From: Trichosphaerium sp. ATCC 40318
Lineage: Eukaryota > Protista > Tubulinea
Length of the DNA stretch: 64,000 nt
Reading direction: 5' to 3'
Assembly (NCBI GenBank): GCA_038496445.1
Contig: JALMLS010000627.1
Coordinates: 202,972 to 266,971 of the forward strand
Positions 52,953-64,000 of the stretch are shown here, in pieces. Positions within the stretch are counted from its first letter, which is position 1, and each line of letters begins with the position of its first letter. The notes beneath the pieces were generated by a model, which was given only the letters and a program-made list of their open reading frames with translations, did no database searches and was not told the origin of the DNA. The position numbers were made by a program, and so were the translations under genes.

Positions 52953-55126
52953 TTAGCAATGAGTGAATATAGGTAATATGTTTGGTACTGATTCACTTGG
53001 TACACAAAGTGGAATCTCTTCACCTGTTATTTTTGGAAACTTTAAGCTCCATTCTCTAGTCACAACGTCCTTGAACCTTTGAAGTTTACCATCTCTTTCC
53101 AAATATTTTTCTACAACATCTTGTACTCCACCAAGCTTTAGGAGAAAAAAGTAAGAACAAAAGTTGTTTTTTCGTTAAAAAAAGACTAACCATAGCGATA
53201 ACAGTTGTCATTTTTGAGTCCCATGTGACAAGAGGAGCAATTTTTGTTCCGTCACCAGATACACTACAAGTAGAGCCATAATGGCCTTGCATCTTACTAC
53301 CTTTAATCATAGACAAATACCATGAAGCACCAATAGACTTGTTTGCGAGAATAGTTGGAAACGAAGCATACGGAGTGAACACCTATAGGCACGTGTTATA
53401 ACTCAGGAGCAGCGCATTTGTACCTCTTTATCTGATGAGGGTTGGAAGGCAATTTCTGGGATTCCGTTATCACTGAGGTAGTCACCTAATTGCATGGTAC
53501 GTTTGGTGTTTCCATCACTGACATCAGTAACCTTCATTTCATGTTAAGTTATAGCTATGAAATGCTTGTTGTACAGAGGCTTTAAGTCCAGGTAATCCCT
53601 TTAAACATGAATTCTGCGTTCTCGCACGTTCCCCGTTCATGAATATTCTCTTATTAATACCAACAGAGAAGTAAGGAAGCTCCTAGTAGGTGTGATAAAT
53701 AAGAAGAAATAATTTTAGCTACCATGTATTTCCATTGCTCGTGAGAAGAAAACCACCATCCTTTTTGTACCGTTATATTCCCCTTTGGTGTTTGATAATC
53801 AACAGAAACTAAAAGTGGGCGTTTAACTATCCATAATAACTCACGTTCTGATTCATTCTTCCAAGGAGAAAACAGATCCATAAAAAAAGTGAACATCTCA
53901 CCCTATTCTTGTTTAAGCCAACAACAAACACCTATGATGCACCTCATACGGATCATCAAGGTCCTATAAAACATAGTGAGCACGTTAACTTGATAGTGTT
54001 CCAATTACCTTTAAATTACTCTCAGCTTGTTGGGTGGAACCTACTTGAGCAACAGATGCAACGTGTCCATCACCTTTGTAGAACAAAGGCTTTGCTGTCT
54101 TGAAACTGATATTAAATACAGAAAGTTCCGAGAACTCCAAAATGATACCTGCGCCATGTAATCAAAATACTTCTTATAGGCTGCGCCTAAGTTCTTATAT
54201 TCTCCGTTTTCCGAATCTTGAAGGACATTGTACAGCGCATACATGCCCCATATCATCTCACCATTGTCCAGCGCTGGTACACTGCAATATCAACGATCAG
54301 CTAACATGTTGAGTTGTACACTATACCGATCTGTCCATCCTTGTAGTAGCCCTATTTTTGTTCCATTGTGCTTGAACCATGGTAGGTACCCTCTATTGCT
54401 AGTAAGCACCAAAGGATACAATGAATGCTTCAACTTGAAAAGCGTAACTGGAATTTAGGGAACATTGTATTAAACTCATTCAATGTCTTTATTTTTAACG
54501 TCAGCATGCTAAAGCATGCTTTTTCAGCACCACTAGGATCAGTCCCAGCAACAACAACCTGCACAAATACATGAATGCCAAAGAAAACAACATGAAAGAC
54601 AAACTAATACCTTTGCAAGGTCGTCTCCAAGGAATACACGTGTGCAAATCATTAAAGGAATAGCTTCTTTAGAAGCTGCAGAAAAATCATGCAAAGGAGG
54701 AGCTAACAATCCAGTAGTTTCATCCAGAGCATGCCCATCGTATCTACAACGCAATTACCGACATGAACGATTTGCTCATCGAGTGTACGTCATTCCGTTG
54801 AGCGGATTGATGGCTGCTTTCCAAAAATTATGCTCCCATGTGAACACTTCGCCAAGAAACCTAGTTTCAGAAAAAAATGTTTACATATAATCACGTGCGT
54901 GAATATTACAAAAAAACCTGTTGAGTGTCGCTTCGTTCTCTATGAGTTCTTTGGCGCTGTAGTTTTGAGCGAATTGGCACGCTAGTATAGGCTTTTAGTT
55001 TAATAAAGGAAACTACTACGAAATCATGCCTTTGCTGGATACCACGCAGTCCACGTGCAGTACTACAATGAACAAAACCGCCAACGCAAAAGACGTTATG
55101 TTGATTCCAAAAGAGATACTGACCAT
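52953..55126 (-). CDS. Secreted endo-beta-1,2-glucanase-like glycoside hydrolase (GH162), multi-exon
   Basis: Signal peptide; CQFAQNYS, NGMTYDGH, FSAASKE, GYLPWF, DNGEMIW, TVQKGWWFSSHEQWK, TPYASFP, MQGHYGST, PLVTWDSKMTT resemble the fungal SGL/GH162 family (recognised from memory). Confidence 0.8.
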
Positions 55127-55413
55127 GAATAAAATCGCTCCTAGAGATATGGATACGTATTACAACAGCCGGCTGACTTGACAAGCTTGGACTAAGCTTG
55201 ACTTCAAGGTTTTACTCTTTCGTTTGCCAAAGATTCGCCTGATACTACCTCAAAAAGGCTGTTGTACGTTCTTGTTCGATACGAAATAATTCTATTTTGG
55301 AACGCCAAGAACGTGTTGTTTATTTTACATTGTAGCAAGGTTACATGAGGTAAAAAAAAAAAAAGAAAAGACAAAAGAAATTTACTTCATCTCTTTTGAT
55401 TTTTTTTTTCTTT

Positions 55414-62764
<7,351 letters not shown>

Positions 62765-64000
62765 GGTCTTCGTAGCGTTAGAACAAGAATTGGTATGAAA
62801 CGGCGATTTTTGGTCGCAGTTAAGAGATCAAGTGTACCTGCTGCTTGTAGTATAATTTGACACTAACAATACACCTAGCTACAGTCCAAACCTTCCCTCA
62901 AATCTAACAAGTCGCTTAAATCAGTTCTGGAAAGAAGTTAAGTCTCGGTAAAACTTTGAAGGGCTTTGAAGGGCTAATCCCCTTTCGGTCAAAATCCGTT
63001 GTGAAAAGAGATGCAAAAGTACGTCTGCTGTTTTAGAATTCAAGCCAAGAAACGCAGCCCAACAAAAGCTTGCGTGGTACCTCAAATAATGGTACGATTG
63101 CGGGGCGTTTAGAGATCGAACTGGCGCAGTTCAACTTCTCAAAAAACAACCCAAACACAATCTCTTGGCTGAATTTATAAATTTGCGACGCTCAACAACA
63201 AAAAAAAGTACAGTTTAGACTTTGAGGGTGTTTTTATCTTCTCGTAAGCTAATGAGGTATTTACCCTAACGTATTCTCGATGGCCCTGCTACGTGTGACG
63301 AGTGGCCGAGGTCGTAGGGGAAAAGTATTCTACTTGTCGAAGAAAATTCGGAACTTTTCTTTCTCCCTTGCTATAGACTCATCTCCATTTGCTCTGAAAA
63401 CGCGTTTAATCGTTGTTTTGCGGTTGTGTTATTGTGCAGTGAATCAAATAAGTTATCAACATTTCGTTCAGTTCGTGGGTATTACTCCGCGAAGTGATAG
63501 CGCGTAAGCTAGCGTGAAGTTGTTTTGTTGAATTTTCTGCTGTTGATGGATTTTTTTCCTTGTGCGTTTATGAGTGCAGGAGTTTCAGGCGATGTCTGAT
63601 AAAGTGTTCGTTTCCATTCAAATAAACGTCTTTCGAAACGGTTCCTTTGCTTTCAGGTATTTTGTGTACTATTAGATTGAAGTACCAGCACGCGACACTA
63701 GCGGCGTTGTGGGTTGTAAGCTTTTGTGGTTTAAATTTCAGTTTTGACGTCTTTAGGAAAATACTTTTGCTTTTGCCATACTCCTCGGTTCCTGTCCGCA
63801 TTTGGAGTTGCCGCATTTATGAGCAATCGCACTCACCGCAGAATTTAAGTATAATTTTCGAGAGTAAAAAGTAACGTCCATAAAAAGCTACAACACGTGT
63901 TTTTCAACAAGTTGATAAGGTCTTGTTGTGTTGGTTTGGGAACTATCTTGATTCGCCAATACGACCGTTAATAGTACCTTTCCTTAAGATTGTTTGAGTT

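Noticed and set aside
55035-55045. U12-type donor (GTATCC) in the GH162 gene
   Set aside because: Wrong phase for the next exon and lacks the full RTATCCTT consensus; the GC donor fits.

Overview
AT-rich, intron-dense nuclear DNA of a unicellular eukaryote (amoeboid-protist-like; standard genetic code; mostly 40-60 nt GT-AG introns with an unusual GTACGT/GTGCGT donor preference). Gene models were rebuilt by hand by joining exons through conserved motifs. Housekeeping genes: 2OG-Fe oxygenase, SAM methyltransferase, PEMT-like, HDAC11, alpha/beta hydrolase, GDP-mannose pyrophosphorylase, Tra2, GAPDH, ADP-ribosylglycohydrolase, aldo-keto reductase, PPCS, multi-saposin, GH162 beta-1,2-glucanase and a 24-intron RPB1. 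They are interspersed with a fast-turnover accessory layer: (i) five dispersed members or relics of an F-box plus short-LRR family with a fixed scaffold and hypervariable binding face, and an F-box-like MORN-repeat gene, both types typical of giant viruses; (ii) two tandem, putatively GPI-anchored beta-propeller surface-protein genes with patchwork identity; (iii) a 5'-truncated RNase H-bearing non-LTR retrotransposon with a (GTAAA)n tail and TSD; (iv) a decayed reeler-domain gene containing a separate spliced orphan gene. The best candidate for an undescribed system is the diversified F-box/LRR substrate-receptor repertoire. Other signals: GC-AG and GA-AG introns, a Lys7-rich Pol II CTD, strong CACGTG enrichment, and a motif shared among orphan ORFs. 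No database searches were run; family assignments come from motif recognition.
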